NCBI GenBank assembly: GCA_964512235.1
Contig: CAZEGD010000001.1
Location: forward strand, 42,874-106,873
From: an uncultured archaeon
GTDB taxonomy: Archaea > Aenigmatarchaeota > Aenigmatarchaeia > CG10238-14 > SCSR01
DNA: 64,000 nt
Reading direction: 5' to 3'
Shown here: positions 9,445 through 17,536 of the stretch, one piece after another
Position numbering within the stretch: the first letter of the stretch is position 1
Layout of the letters: each line of letters begins with the position of its first letter
The notes under the pieces: model-generated
What the model saw: only the letters and a program-made list of their open reading frames with translations
Told to the model about the DNA's origin: nothing
Databases searched by the model: none
Position numbers and translations under genes: made by a program

Positions 9445-9483
9445 TAATTAGAATTGGGTTTTGGCACAAAAATGTTTGCAGAG

Positions 9484-10194
9484 CTACTCTACAAACTTTG
9501 TCAACCCAGGCTTCAACTTCTCCGTATCAATCAGTACTATCTCATGCCATATCGGCAATGAAACGTTGAATACGGGCACTGTATCTATCCATGCCTGCTT
9601 CTTGCCACGGTGTGAATGGCTGTGAAGCACGAGGTCGGGCTTCTGACGGACGAGGACATTCTCATATACGTTCCAACCCATACTGCTGTAGAATCTTGGG
9701 TTCTCTCCCTCTAGAGTCTTGTAAGTGGGAGCATAGTGCATAAGCAGTATACGGAAGCCTACGCGCAGGTTCTGCAAATGTCTCTCTACGAAATCCACAC
9801 GCTCCTTGTATATCCTTTCTATGTTGGGTATGTTGTTCCTTTGCCAGGGTGTAGGCGTTTCCAAGCTTCCTGTGGTGCCTACTATACCCACCCCCATTCC
9901 ACCGATTTTGATGACAATGCTCTGATCGTCCAAGAATCTTATGTTGAGATATTTGCGCTTGAGCTCGCCACGCAGTTCTGTAAACTCATTATTGCCAAAG
10001 CAAGCCACTATCGGGCACTTGATCTTGCCAAATAGAGTATTATATACCTTCTCATACTCGTCAATGTCACCTCTATACACCATATCCCCAGTAATCAAAA
10101 AGAGGTCTGGATTATCTATAAGATTGTCTACAGCACGCACATATTCGTCAAAGTATCTGGGGCTATGCACGTCACCTGTTACAGCTATTAGCAT
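9484..10194 (-). CDS. Calcineurin-like metallophosphoesterase
   Basis: MLIAVTGDVHSP, LITGDMVYRGD, CFGNNEF and LHSHSH follow the DxH / GD / GNHE / H..H pattern. Confidence 0.8.
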   Translation of the reverse strand: MLIAVTGDVHSPRYFDEYVRAVDNLIDNPDLFLITGDMVYRGDIDEYEKVYNTLFGKIKCPIVACFGNNEFTELRGELKRKYLNIRFLDDQSIVIKIGGMGVGIVGTTGSLETPTPWQRNNIPNIERIYKERVDFVERHLQNLRVGFRILLMHYAPTYKTLEGENPRFYSSMGWNVYENVLVRQKPDLVLHSHSHRGKKQAWIDTVPVFNVSLPIWHEIVLIDTEKLKPGLTKFVE

Positions 10195-10235
10195 ACTATA
10201 TATTTTGGGGAATTAACGTAAGAATTTTATTGAAA

Positions 10236-10307
10236 TGGACCGACCGGGACTCGAACCCGAAACCTCTGCCTTGCGGAGGCAGCGATCTACCATTGATCTA
10301 TCGGCCC
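10236..10307 (-). tRNA. tRNA-Ala (anticodon CGC)
   Basis: Cloverleaf drawn by hand. Acceptor GGGCCGA/TCGGTCC with G3:U70. Anticodon stem CTGCC/GGCAG, loop TCCGCAA. T arm TCGGG-TTCGAGT-CCCGG. No encoded CCA. Position 33 reads C, not U. Confidence 0.8.
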
Positions 10308-10378
10308 ATGTAAAAATCTTAGCAAACCATAATAAAAAGCTTAAGTAAGAACAATTTAATATAAGTTACTGTTGTAAA

Positions 10379-10466
10379 GGGCCGGTAGCTTAGTTTGGTT
10401 GGAGCACTCGGCTGATAATCAAAATCAGATACCGAGCGGTCGCCGGTTCAAATCCGGCTCGGCCCA
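10379..10466 (+). tRNA. tRNA-Ile (anticodon GAU) with a 13-nt intron at 37/38
   Basis: Acceptor GGGCCGG/TCGGCCC. Anticodon stem CTCGG/CCGAG. Loop CTGATA + intron ATCAAAATCAGAT (10418-10430) + A. Intron UCAG pairs with CUGA (32-35), followed by the bulge AU|A. Confidence 0.85.
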
Positions 10467-10512
10467 CTCCAACGAAAAGATTAAAAATAGAGAGACTAAT
10501 GAAATATATTGG

Positions 10513-10634
10513 GCTCCCTTCGTCTAGTCCGGTCAAGGATCTCAGGCTTTCGGGTTATACTTAGAAAGCATTGAGCTGAAAAGCTGTGATAACGAAGATA
10601 CCTGATGACGCGGGTTCAAATCCCGCAGGGAGCA
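10513..10634 (+). tRNA. tRNA-Glu (anticodon UUC) with a 47-nt intron at 37/38
   Basis: Acceptor GCTCCCT/AGGGAGC. Anticodon stem TCAGG/CCTGA. Loop CTTTCG + intron 10553-10599 + A. Central helix CUUU/GAAG. Flanking 3-nt bulges. Inner helix GUUAU/AUAAC. This is a canonical BHB. Confidence 0.85.
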
Positions 10635-10712
10635 TCTTAAGATAAAGCCCATTCAAAACCTGATATGAGCCTAAAGGATAACAGTTATCGTTGAGTAAAT
10701 CTTAACTTATTC

Positions 10713-11249
10713 ATGAAATTTACGGTTCACAACATGGTAATTACGGTTGAATTTTCTGGTAAAATAGATCTTAACAAGCTATTCAAAAAACTCGAAAATT
10801 CTGAGTACGAACCAAAGCAGTTCCCCGGTTTGGTGTATAGGATGAAAAAGCCGAGAGTGAGCTTTTTAATATTCTCTTCTGGAAAGATGAACTGTACAGG
10901 CGCTACAAGCTTGAAAGAGGCAAAAAACGCGATAGGTAAGATGCTGAAAATATTCAGACAAACTGGAATAAAAACACACAAGCCGAGGATAGAAATTCAA
11001 AATATCGTCGCATCCGCCGAACTATATGCAAGGTTAAAACTCGATACCATAGCATTTAATTTGGAAAATTCTGAGTACGAACCAGAGCAGTTCCCTGGAC
11101 TAGTTTACAGAATAGCCAAGCCGAAGGTTGCATTTTTGCTGTTTGGTTCTGGGAAGATAGTATGTACTGGTGCAAGAAATACAAAGCAAATAGGGGAAGC
11201 TATCAACTACCTCACTAGGAAGTTGAAGAAAGTTCATGCTTTCAAATAA
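10713..11249 (+). CDS. tbp: TATA-box binding protein
   Basis: Two internal repeats: NSEYEPKQFPGLVYRMKKPRVSFLIFSSGKMNCTGA and NSEYEPEQFPGLVYRIAKPKVAFLLFGSGKIVCTGA. Confidence 0.95.
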   Translation: MKFTVHNMVITVEFSGKIDLNKLFKKLENSEYEPKQFPGLVYRMKKPRVSFLIFSSGKMNCTGATSLKEAKNAIGKMLKIFRQTGIKTHKPRIEIQNIVASAELYARLKLDTIAFNLENSEYEPEQFPGLVYRIAKPKVAFLLFGSGKIVCTGARNTKQIGEAINYLTRKLKKVHAFK

Positions 11250-11380
11250 TATTGACTTTTCAAGTCCCTATACTCAATTATAACGTATTATATAGTCCAC
11301 AATACTGCAACTCTTTTAAATCTTCCCCATTTTACACATCAAACTTATATCTCTTAATTTTCCCTATACAATTGGTAAGA

Positions 11381-11494
11381 ATGAGCGAGACGACCATAGG
11401 CGTAAGCAAAAGGCTCAAGCGAGAACTGAACAAGAAAAAGAAGCACAAAAAGGAAAGCTACGAGGAAGTCATCTGGTGTCTCATAAGAAAATAG
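11381..11494 (+). CDS. Small ribbon-helix-helix / VapB-like protein (37 aa)
   Basis: MSETTIGVSKRLKRELNKKKKHKKESYEEVIWCLIRK follows the I-x-V-S...L...K...ESY..VI..L pattern of short archaeal antitoxin-like proteins. The track ORF (11252) has an implausible N-terminal extension. Confidence 0.4.
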   Translation: MSETTIGVSKRLKRELNKKKKHKKESYEEVIWCLIRK

Positions 11495-11558
11495 TTTAGA
11501 ACAACCAATAACGTAACATTTAAATCCTCTGCACAACCCAACTAATTTTTAGAGAGAT

Positions 11559-11894
11559 ATGTCAAAAAGCATGTCGCTGTCTAGATTGAACAGGACATTA
11601 TATGCCAGGGTTGGCGGCAGAATCCCGAAATCTTGCATTCCCAGTAATCTTTTCGACTCAATTGAAAAGGCATTACATTTCCTCAAAGAGAGACTATCTT
11701 CAATTGACTTTAAATACGGGCCGTTGAAAGGTGACTTAAAGAGATGGAAAGATGTCCTACCTGAAGCCGAGAAGTTGATAGAAGAGCATAATGGAGGTAG
11801 CCCGAATTATGAAAGAGAACATGTGCTTGCATCACTCCAGATTTTGAACATTTACAACGGATATAAAGACCTTCTAGAGGCATACGATTCATAA
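11559..11894 (+). CDS. Hypothetical protein (111 aa)
   Basis: ORF only. Confidence 0.35.
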   Translation: MSKSMSLSRLNRTLYARVGGRIPKSCIPSNLFDSIEKALHFLKERLSSIDFKYGPLKGDLKRWKDVLPEAEKLIEEHNGGSPNYEREHVLASLQILNIYNGYKDLLEAYDS

Positions 11895-11944
11895 AGGCAT
11901 GACAGGAACAGAACTAATATACATGTTCTATCTAAGATAATTTT

Positions 11945-12748
11945 ATGGTTGACTTGAAGTTTGTGACAGATGTCTTTTCTGAAGAGGAGGCAAACGTCAT
12001 TGCAGTTAGGGTCAACTGTCCACAGTCTCTGATAGAAGCCAGTCGGATGGTCGAACCTTTTGACATTGACAGACAAAAGAATCTCTTAGAAGATGTGAAG
12101 ATTTTCGATGCGGGAGAAGCAGACTTAGACGGTGTATATAATGAGATCAAAGAAGTCATTACTGGAAAAAAGATTCCATTGATTCTTGCTGAAAGGCATA
12201 TTGCAAGCTTGGAAGCCATTCGGGCTTTACCAGAGGGTACAAAGATAGTAGTTTTTGATGCACATGCTGATCTGAAGGATGAATATTCAGAAGGCAATTA
12301 CAAACCTGTAGATGAGAAGAGAAATTATGCAACATGGCTTCGCAGAGCTTGTGAGATAATTGACCCGAAGAATGTATGCTTGATTGGAGTTAGATCGTGT
12401 GATGAGGATGAGTTTGAATTTATGAAAGACAGCGGGTTACTTTATTTTACAATTAATGATATTAAGAGTGGTGTGGAAAGCGTTAAGCAACGCCTGCAAA
12501 AATTTATAGGTGATTCATCAGTTTATGTGAGCATAGATATGGATGTATTTGACCCGTCGATTGTACCTGCTGTAGAGAATCCAGAGCCAAACGGTATATT
12601 ATATAGTGACTTTTTGCAGCTGAGTGAAGTCTTGGAGAAGATAATAGGAATAGACTTGGTCGAGATTCGACCATTAGCTAAAAACAGAGTTACAGAGTTC
12701 CTTGCAGTAAAGGTTATATTTAAGCTGTTGTCATTAATTTTTAGTTGA
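11945..12748 (+). CDS. speB: Ureohydrolase family (agmatinase/arginase-like)
   Basis: VVFDAHADLKDEY and YVSIDMDVFDPSIVPAVENPEPNGI are the Mn-binding DAHxD and SxDxDxxDP motifs. Confidence 0.8.
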   Translation: MVDLKFVTDVFSEEEANVIAVRVNCPQSLIEASRMVEPFDIDRQKNLLEDVKIFDAGEADLDGVYNEIKEVITGKKIPLILAERHIASLEAIRALPEGTKIVVFDAHADLKDEYSEGNYKPVDEKRNYATWLRRACEIIDPKNVCLIGVRSCDEDEFEFMKDSGLLYFTINDIKSGVESVKQRLQKFIGDSSVYVSIDMDVFDPSIVPAVENPEPNGILYSDFLQLSEVLEKIIGIDLVEIRPLAKNRVTEFLAVKVIFKLLSLIFS

Positions 12749-12757
12749 TTGTTAAAA

Positions 12758-12843
12758 GCGGGGGTCCGATAGTCTGGTCAATTCGGCTAGCTTGAGGTGC
12801 TAGTGGGTTAGTCCCTACGTGGGTTCAAATCCCACCTCCCGCA
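12758..12843 (+). tRNA. tRNA-Leu (anticodon GAG), type II with long variable arm
   Basis: Acceptor GCGGGGG/CTCCCGC. Anticodon stem CTAGC/GCTAG, loop TTGAGGT. Variable arm TGGGTTAGTCCCTAC. T arm GTGGG-TTCAAAT-CCCAC. Confidence 0.9.
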
Positions 12844-12897
12844 TTTAAAAAATCCCTTTGGAAAAGCTATAAATCTCTTCCCTTTCTCTATTATCTT

Positions 12898-13428
12898 ATG
12901 GTCAAAAAGGTAGCTGTATTAGGTCCATCTGGCTCGTTCTCAGAAGAGGCGGCTGTTGAGAGGTATGGGAAGGATATTATACTGGTCTATGGGAAGAAAT
13001 TTGATGACGTGTTAGATCTCGTGGAGATGGGAGAAGCGGACATTGCATTCCTTCCGGAACGGACTTCAGTGGGGGGACCAGTGTACCCGGTTCTTGATGC
13101 AATGTTGAACCATTCGCTTTTCATTACAGAAAAGTATGATTTCGAGCCGACATATTGCCTTGTTGGGAAGGGAGAGGAAAGTGACATTAAAAAGGTAGGT
13201 TCGCACCCACATGCATTGATTGCCATGAAAAAATATCTGGACAAAAACTTTCCAAATGCTGAAAGAGTGGAGACTCCGAGCACGTCCTTTGCTGCCCAGC
13301 TGGCATCAGAGAACCCGACATTCGGGGCCATAGCAAGCCGGACCGCGGCCAAGATATACAATCTGAAAGTGTTTTACAGTGTACAGTTCCCCCGGCCAAG
13401 GAATGGAAACGCACGCCTGAAGAGATAG
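12898..13428 (+). CDS. Prephenate dehydratase (PDT) domain protein, lacks ACT domain
   Basis: VAVLGPSGSFSEEAA...FLPERTSVGGPV...VGSHPHALIAMKKYL...FGAIASRTAAKIYNLKV resembles the PDT catalytic domain. The ORF ends ~15 aa after the PDT-like part with unrelated residues. Confidence 0.6.
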   Translation: MVKKVAVLGPSGSFSEEAAVERYGKDIILVYGKKFDDVLDLVEMGEADIAFLPERTSVGGPVYPVLDAMLNHSLFITEKYDFEPTYCLVGKGEESDIKKVGSHPHALIAMKKYLDKNFPNAERVETPSTSFAAQLASENPTFGAIASRTAAKIYNLKVFYSVQFPRPRNGNARLKR

Positions 13429-13497
13429 AATTTGGCATAAAGGTCAGATGAGTCTCAAAACATTTTTATAACTAAGAATTCCACCTCCCACATCATG

Positions 13498-14763
13498 TTA
13501 ATTTGCTTTTAATAGAATTCTTTTACCAGTGACATCATTTAGCAAATTTTGCAATTCTTTCAATTTTTCTTCTTTATCTTTTTGTAACCTTTTTCTTCTC
13601 TCTCCAATCATTTCATTCTCAATCTTAGTTTCTTCCATTCTTCTCTTTAGCTCATTAATCTCATTTTCCAATTTATTCTTTCTCTTTGGAACTTCCTGCA
13701 ATTCTATCCTTTCTTCTTGTCTTTCCAATTCCTCTGAAAGCCCTGAATATTCCTCAAGGATTTTTCCCATGGTATTGTCCTCTATCATCCTTTCAATAAC
13801 AGCCAAGAATTTGCCGCTATCCTTCAAATTCATCTTCCCCTCAATTATATTTGTTTTCATACCTTTGATGGCAGACATGAAAACTTCTCCCTTAGGATCT
13901 TTAGATAAAATGGATTCAAAGGAATGTTGTGCATAATCATCCAAAATTCTATTTTTAACAGACCATTTGTATTTCCTCAGGGGCTTTTCCACTTTTGCGA
14001 GAGATTGTATAAAGTCAGACTTTTTATTCTGCAGATTCATTTTCATTTCTTCTTTAATCCTCCGCATCTCTAAGAATGCCTTCCATTCATTGCCATCGAG
14101 TAATTTTTTCAACTCATCTTCAATTTTCTTATTCCTATCCTCCATTTCTTTCATTGTCTTCTCCAATTCCTTTGTTTCATCCTTCTTCAGCTCTTCTGTT
14201 AATCTTAATACTTCATTAGCAACCTCTTGCGTCCTTAGCAATTGCACGTTGGACTCTGCAAATTCTTTTACTATATTCCCCAGTCTCTTGTCTATTTCGA
14301 CTATCTGGCGGAAGCTCTCTATTACTTTATCTGCTTCCTTTTCGAACAATTCCTTCAAAAATGCATACTCTCTCACTGTTTTTGCGTTTATGATATTGAG
14401 TAATTTGGCAGTTTCATTATGGAAATTTAGGATAGAAGTCATGTCTTCTCCCATCGGTTTTTGTATTTGCTTGACCAGACTTTTCATCTTATTCGCAAAA
14501 CTCTTTCTGCTTCCCACAGCTTTTCTTATAAGCATGCGATCGTTTATTGTGGAATATGGAGCTTGTCCAAGAATTTCCAGTTGGTCTTGCATAGTATTGG
14601 CAGCCATCTGTAAGTTTGCATATTCCCTTTCAGCTGACTCTTTTAGAGGCTTGAAATCCTTTTTCATCTTCTCTGCTAGGAACCCTTCTACTTCTTTCAG
14701 CTGCATCTTCTCTTCTTCAAACTTTTCTTCTCTTTTTCCAAAAATTCTGTCTAACCAACCCAA
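13498..14763 (-). CDS. Long K/E-rich coiled-coil protein (421 aa)
   Basis: Heptad-like charged sequence throughout (e.g. EELERQEERIELQEVPKRKNKLENEINELKRRMEETKIENE). No enzymatic motif seen. Confidence 0.55.
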   Translation of the reverse strand: MGWLDRIFGKREEKFEEEKMQLKEVEGFLAEKMKKDFKPLKESAEREYANLQMAANTMQDQLEILGQAPYSTINDRMLIRKAVGSRKSFANKMKSLVKQIQKPMGEDMTSILNFHNETAKLLNIINAKTVREYAFLKELFEKEADKVIESFRQIVEIDKRLGNIVKEFAESNVQLLRTQEVANEVLRLTEELKKDETKELEKTMKEMEDRNKKIEDELKKLLDGNEWKAFLEMRRIKEEMKMNLQNKKSDFIQSLAKVEKPLRKYKWSVKNRILDDYAQHSFESILSKDPKGEVFMSAIKGMKTNIIEGKMNLKDSGKFLAVIERMIEDNTMGKILEEYSGLSEELERQEERIELQEVPKRKNKLENEINELKRRMEETKIENEMIGERRKRLQKDKEEKLKELQNLLNDVTGKRILLKAN

Positions 14764-14828
14764 TCCAATCAGAATTATGTAAGGTTATATAAAATAAAAG
14801 TTTATGTGTTCTGGAATGCTGTGTTGCA

Positions 14829-14852
14829 GGTTCAAATCCCACCTCCCACATT
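14829..14852 (+). repeat. Partial copy of the tRNA-Leu 3' end (T loop to acceptor end)
   Basis: ggttcaaatcccacctccc is identical to 12822-12840. One mismatch follows (a for g), then catt. Confidence 0.85.
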
Positions 14853-14932
14853 GTTTACAGCTGTAAATAAGAGTCCAATATTGCGGAAGGTAAGTTTGCT
14901 TTAAGATTCAAATTCAACTAATTAATAAGAAA

Positions 14933-15529
14933 TTAATTTCTAAAATTATATTTTTTTAAAAGTTCAGTATTTATACCTTCAATTAATAACTTTTCTTCCT
15001 CTGAAATTTCTCCTAATCTACCGATTTCAAAACTTAAAACAACTTTATTACCAACATATCTTTTAGGATGGTCAACAAATAAACTATAATATGAGAAAGA
15101 CGATGGAGAAGGCCAACTTAGTTGTTCATTTCTCGTCCTACAACTCAAAGTTACAAAAACATTTCCTCTATGCATTATAGCTTTAGCAATTTCTTCTGGA
15201 TTTTCTGTTTTAGCAGCCACATTTTTTATTTCAAAATTTACTTTTTCAAGATACTCTACAATTTCAAATAATTCATCTCGAAAATCTTTTTCTAATTCTT
15301 TTTGAACAGTTAATGCTGGAGTTGGCATACCTCTTGGACCAGGTGCATAAAGAACTCCGTCTTCAAATTTTATTAATTTCTCTGGTTCACCTTTTCCTCT
15401 TACATTAAAGCGTCCATACTGGAGAATGTCTGCAGAAAAATACCCAGATTTTCTACCTTCATATAAGATTTTAGGATATTCAACATGGCTTTGACCAGTA
15501 GTTAGTAAAGTACTTGTTTCTGCACCCAT
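14933..15529 (-). CDS. Hypothetical protein (198 aa) in a very AT-rich cassette
   Basis: ORF only. My hand count for 14941-15000 is 10 G+C of 60. Confidence 0.45.
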   Translation of the reverse strand: MGAETSTLLTTGQSHVEYPKILYEGRKSGYFSADILQYGRFNVRGKGEPEKLIKFEDGVLYAPGPRGMPTPALTVQKELEKDFRDELFEIVEYLEKVNFEIKNVAAKTENPEEIAKAIMHRGNVFVTLSCRTRNEQLSWPSPSSFSYYSLFVDHPKRYVGNKVVLSFEIGRLGEISEEEKLLIEGINTELLKKYNFRN

Positions 15530-15652
15530 ATTATCAAATTAATAAAGAACAGTTAAAGATTTATATATTTCCTCTAAGACCCCTTAGAGAAATCTTAAAT
15601 CTTTTCAAAACAATATAACAAAAAAGACGCACCGTACTTTTTGTTCTGTGCT

Positions 15653-15665
15653 CACCTCCCGCATT
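15653..15665 (+). repeat. Second partial copy of the tRNA-Leu 3' end
   Basis: cacctcccgcatt is identical to 12833-12845. The following gttt is shared with the flank of the 14829 copy. Confidence 0.7.
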
Positions 15666-15718
15666 GTTTTTTAGTTCTACATCAAGTTCAAGGTGGGCAT
15701 CCTAAAGAAAGTATCCTA

Positions 15719-16120
15719 TTATCCTTTCAATAGTATTTCCAACTTCATCCTTCTAAGCATCCTAGACCTTTTACCGGAGAAGATGTACAGTTCCTTTCCA
15801 TCATCAATTTCATAGAATCTGGTATTAGAGTAGTTCCCTATCACATGGTTCTGAGGATTATACTGGTTAAGGACCCTTTTGATTTTTTTGACTTCCTCGG
15901 GATACCTTGTTTTTTCTGAACCGAATCTAGGAAATGATACCTGATTTGTAGTGACGAGCAACTGAAAAGTGTACAAAAAATCTTCATCTGTAAAAGCCTT
16001 AAAAACTGAACTATCCCTGAAATCGGAATAACTTACCTCTAGATAATGTTTGTCCAGCTCATAGATTATTAGCCCCTTCAGGTCGAATATTTTATCTCCC
16101 ATATACGAGAATTCTTTCAA
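15719..16120 (-). CDS. Hypothetical protein (133 aa)
   Basis: ORF only. Confidence 0.4.
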   Translation of the reverse strand: MKEFSYMGDKIFDLKGLIIYELDKHYLEVSYSDFRDSSVFKAFTDEDFLYTFQLLVTTNQVSFPRFGSEKTRYPEEVKKIKRVLNQYNPQNHVIGNYSNTRFYEIDDGKELYIFSGKRSRMLRRMKLEILLKG

Positions 16121-16156
16121 TTAAATCTTAAATATGTAACATCCCTCGTAATATCT

Positions 16157-16882
16157 ATGCTGACCCAAGAAGAGTTGAATAAATCCTATATGAGGAGCGG
16201 TATATCCTCTGCTAAGATTTATGCACATATATGGGAATCTTTCTCAAGAGATAATGGAAAGACAAAACCAAGAGGATATTTGAGCCTATCACCTTCGATA
16301 GAGAGTTACGTTTTAGCGCAAGTTGGACATCTGAATAAGAAATTAGAGTGGAGTTCTATTGGTAAGGAAATCATGTCATTCTTCAAATGTTATCCATATT
16401 CTCCAGAGAATGTTCTAAGTTTGGGCTGTGGTATTGGCAATGGTTTAAAGACTGTGAAAAAATATGGAAGTAAACTACTTGTGGGAATTGACGTGGGTCT
16501 TCCGGTATTAAAATTGGCCAAGTCAAACTTGCCAGACGGAGATTTTGTATGTGCATCCTCCACTCATTTACCTTTTAGAGATTCAGTTTTCGACACGTTT
16601 ATAACTGGACATTTTTTTGAACCTATGACCAATCGGGAATCCAGATTTACATTTGAGGAAATCAAAAGATGCTCCATAAAAAATTGTCTATGGTTTGTTT
16701 CAGTCGAAGGGGAAGAGATTTTTGAAAGTTATCATATACAAAAATTCGGTAAGGGTGGGTGGGGTGTTATTCACAAACATCCATATATAAGCAAAGTTTC
16801 CCCAGTACCGGGTTCGGATTATAGACTGTGTGGTGCCGAATTTTTAGTCTTAAAGTCATTATACAGTGGTAATGATGAATGA
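16157..16882 (+). CDS. Class I SAM-dependent methyltransferase
   Basis: Motif I-like LSLGCGIGNG. Then GIDVGLPVLKLAK, then LPFRDSVFDTF (Methyltransf_11-like layout). Confidence 0.6.
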   Translation: MLTQEELNKSYMRSGISSAKIYAHIWESFSRDNGKTKPRGYLSLSPSIESYVLAQVGHLNKKLEWSSIGKEIMSFFKCYPYSPENVLSLGCGIGNGLKTVKKYGSKLLVGIDVGLPVLKLAKSNLPDGDFVCASSTHLPFRDSVFDTFITGHFFEPMTNRESRFTFEEIKRCSIKNCLWFVSVEGEEIFESYHIQKFGKGGWGVIHKHPYISKVSPVPGSDYRLCGAEFLVLKSLYSGNDE

Positions 16883-17222
16883 AAAGAAACTCATTCCAAT
16901 AGAGGACGCTTGGGACACCCCGCTCATATTTTATATTTACTTTGAGGGTGGAGTTGAAGAATACTACAATATTCCAAGGGACAAGAGAAGGGAATTCAAT
17001 AAAAAGTTTAAAAAAGAATATACCCCAAATTCAACCAGTTCAACTGTTCCAGACATTTCAATTGTCCGAAAGTTGTGTAGAAAATACGGGTCCTTTATGT
17101 TAAAGTCGCAGTTTGAAAAGCTGTCTACACTACCTGTAGGAATTTCGACTACTGGTAGAGAAGGGTATAGAAAATACGTAGTAATGGGATATAAAGTACC
17201 CAAAGATGAAGAAAACATTTGA
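16866..17222 (+). CDS. Hypothetical protein (118 aa)
   Basis: ORF only. Overlaps the preceding gene by 17 nt on the same strand. Confidence 0.35.
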   Translation: MVMMNEKKLIPIEDAWDTPLIFYIYFEGGVEEYYNIPRDKRREFNKKFKKEYTPNSTSSTVPDISIVRKLCRKYGSFMLKSQFEKLSTLPVGISTTGREGYRKYVVMGYKVPKDEENI

Positions 17223-17287
17223 ACATTACGAATGCTATGCAATCCTCAAAGGAACATATTTAAATCCAATGACTACTAGTTGATTTT

Positions 17288-17530
17288 ATGAAAGACGAGG
17301 AAAAAGAGAAAGATGTAAAACTGGGAGAGTTTCAACTCAAGCAAGATTCCGTCCTTGTGATAAAGAAGACCACATACAAAGGCAATGAAAGGATAGACTT
17401 TCGCGTGTGGAAGAACTCACCAACATACAAAGGCCCAACTAAGCAGGGGTTTGTTCTGCAGATGGACCAAATAGACGATTTCATAGAGATGATAGAAGAG
17501 ATGAAGGGAAAGTTGAAAGAAGTGGAATAA
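17288..17530 (+). CDS. PC4/Sub1-like ssDNA-binding fold protein (80 aa)
   Basis: VLVIKKTTYKGNERIDFRVWKNSPTYKGPTKQGFVLQMDQIDDFIEMIEEM follows the PC4 C-terminal-domain pattern (KG..hDhR.W....+PTKKGhsL...Q...h). Recognised by eye only. Confidence 0.45.
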   Translation: MKDEEKEKDVKLGEFQLKQDSVLVIKKTTYKGNERIDFRVWKNSPTYKGPTKQGFVLQMDQIDDFIEMIEEMKGKLKEVE

Positions 17531-17536
17531 ATCTGT

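Noticed and set aside
10553-10599. The tRNA-Glu intron as a box C/D guide RNA (it contains CUGA and GUGAUAA).
   Set aside because: The box order (D-like before C-like) and the 47-nt length do not fit a complete C/D RNA. The elements are better explained as BHB inner-helix sequence.
13967-14782. A 271-aa + strand ORF rich in S/F/L.
   Set aside because: It is the antisense shadow of the K/E-rich coiled-coil gene 13498-14763. AAG/GAA codons read backwards give CTT/TTC. It is low complexity with no motif.
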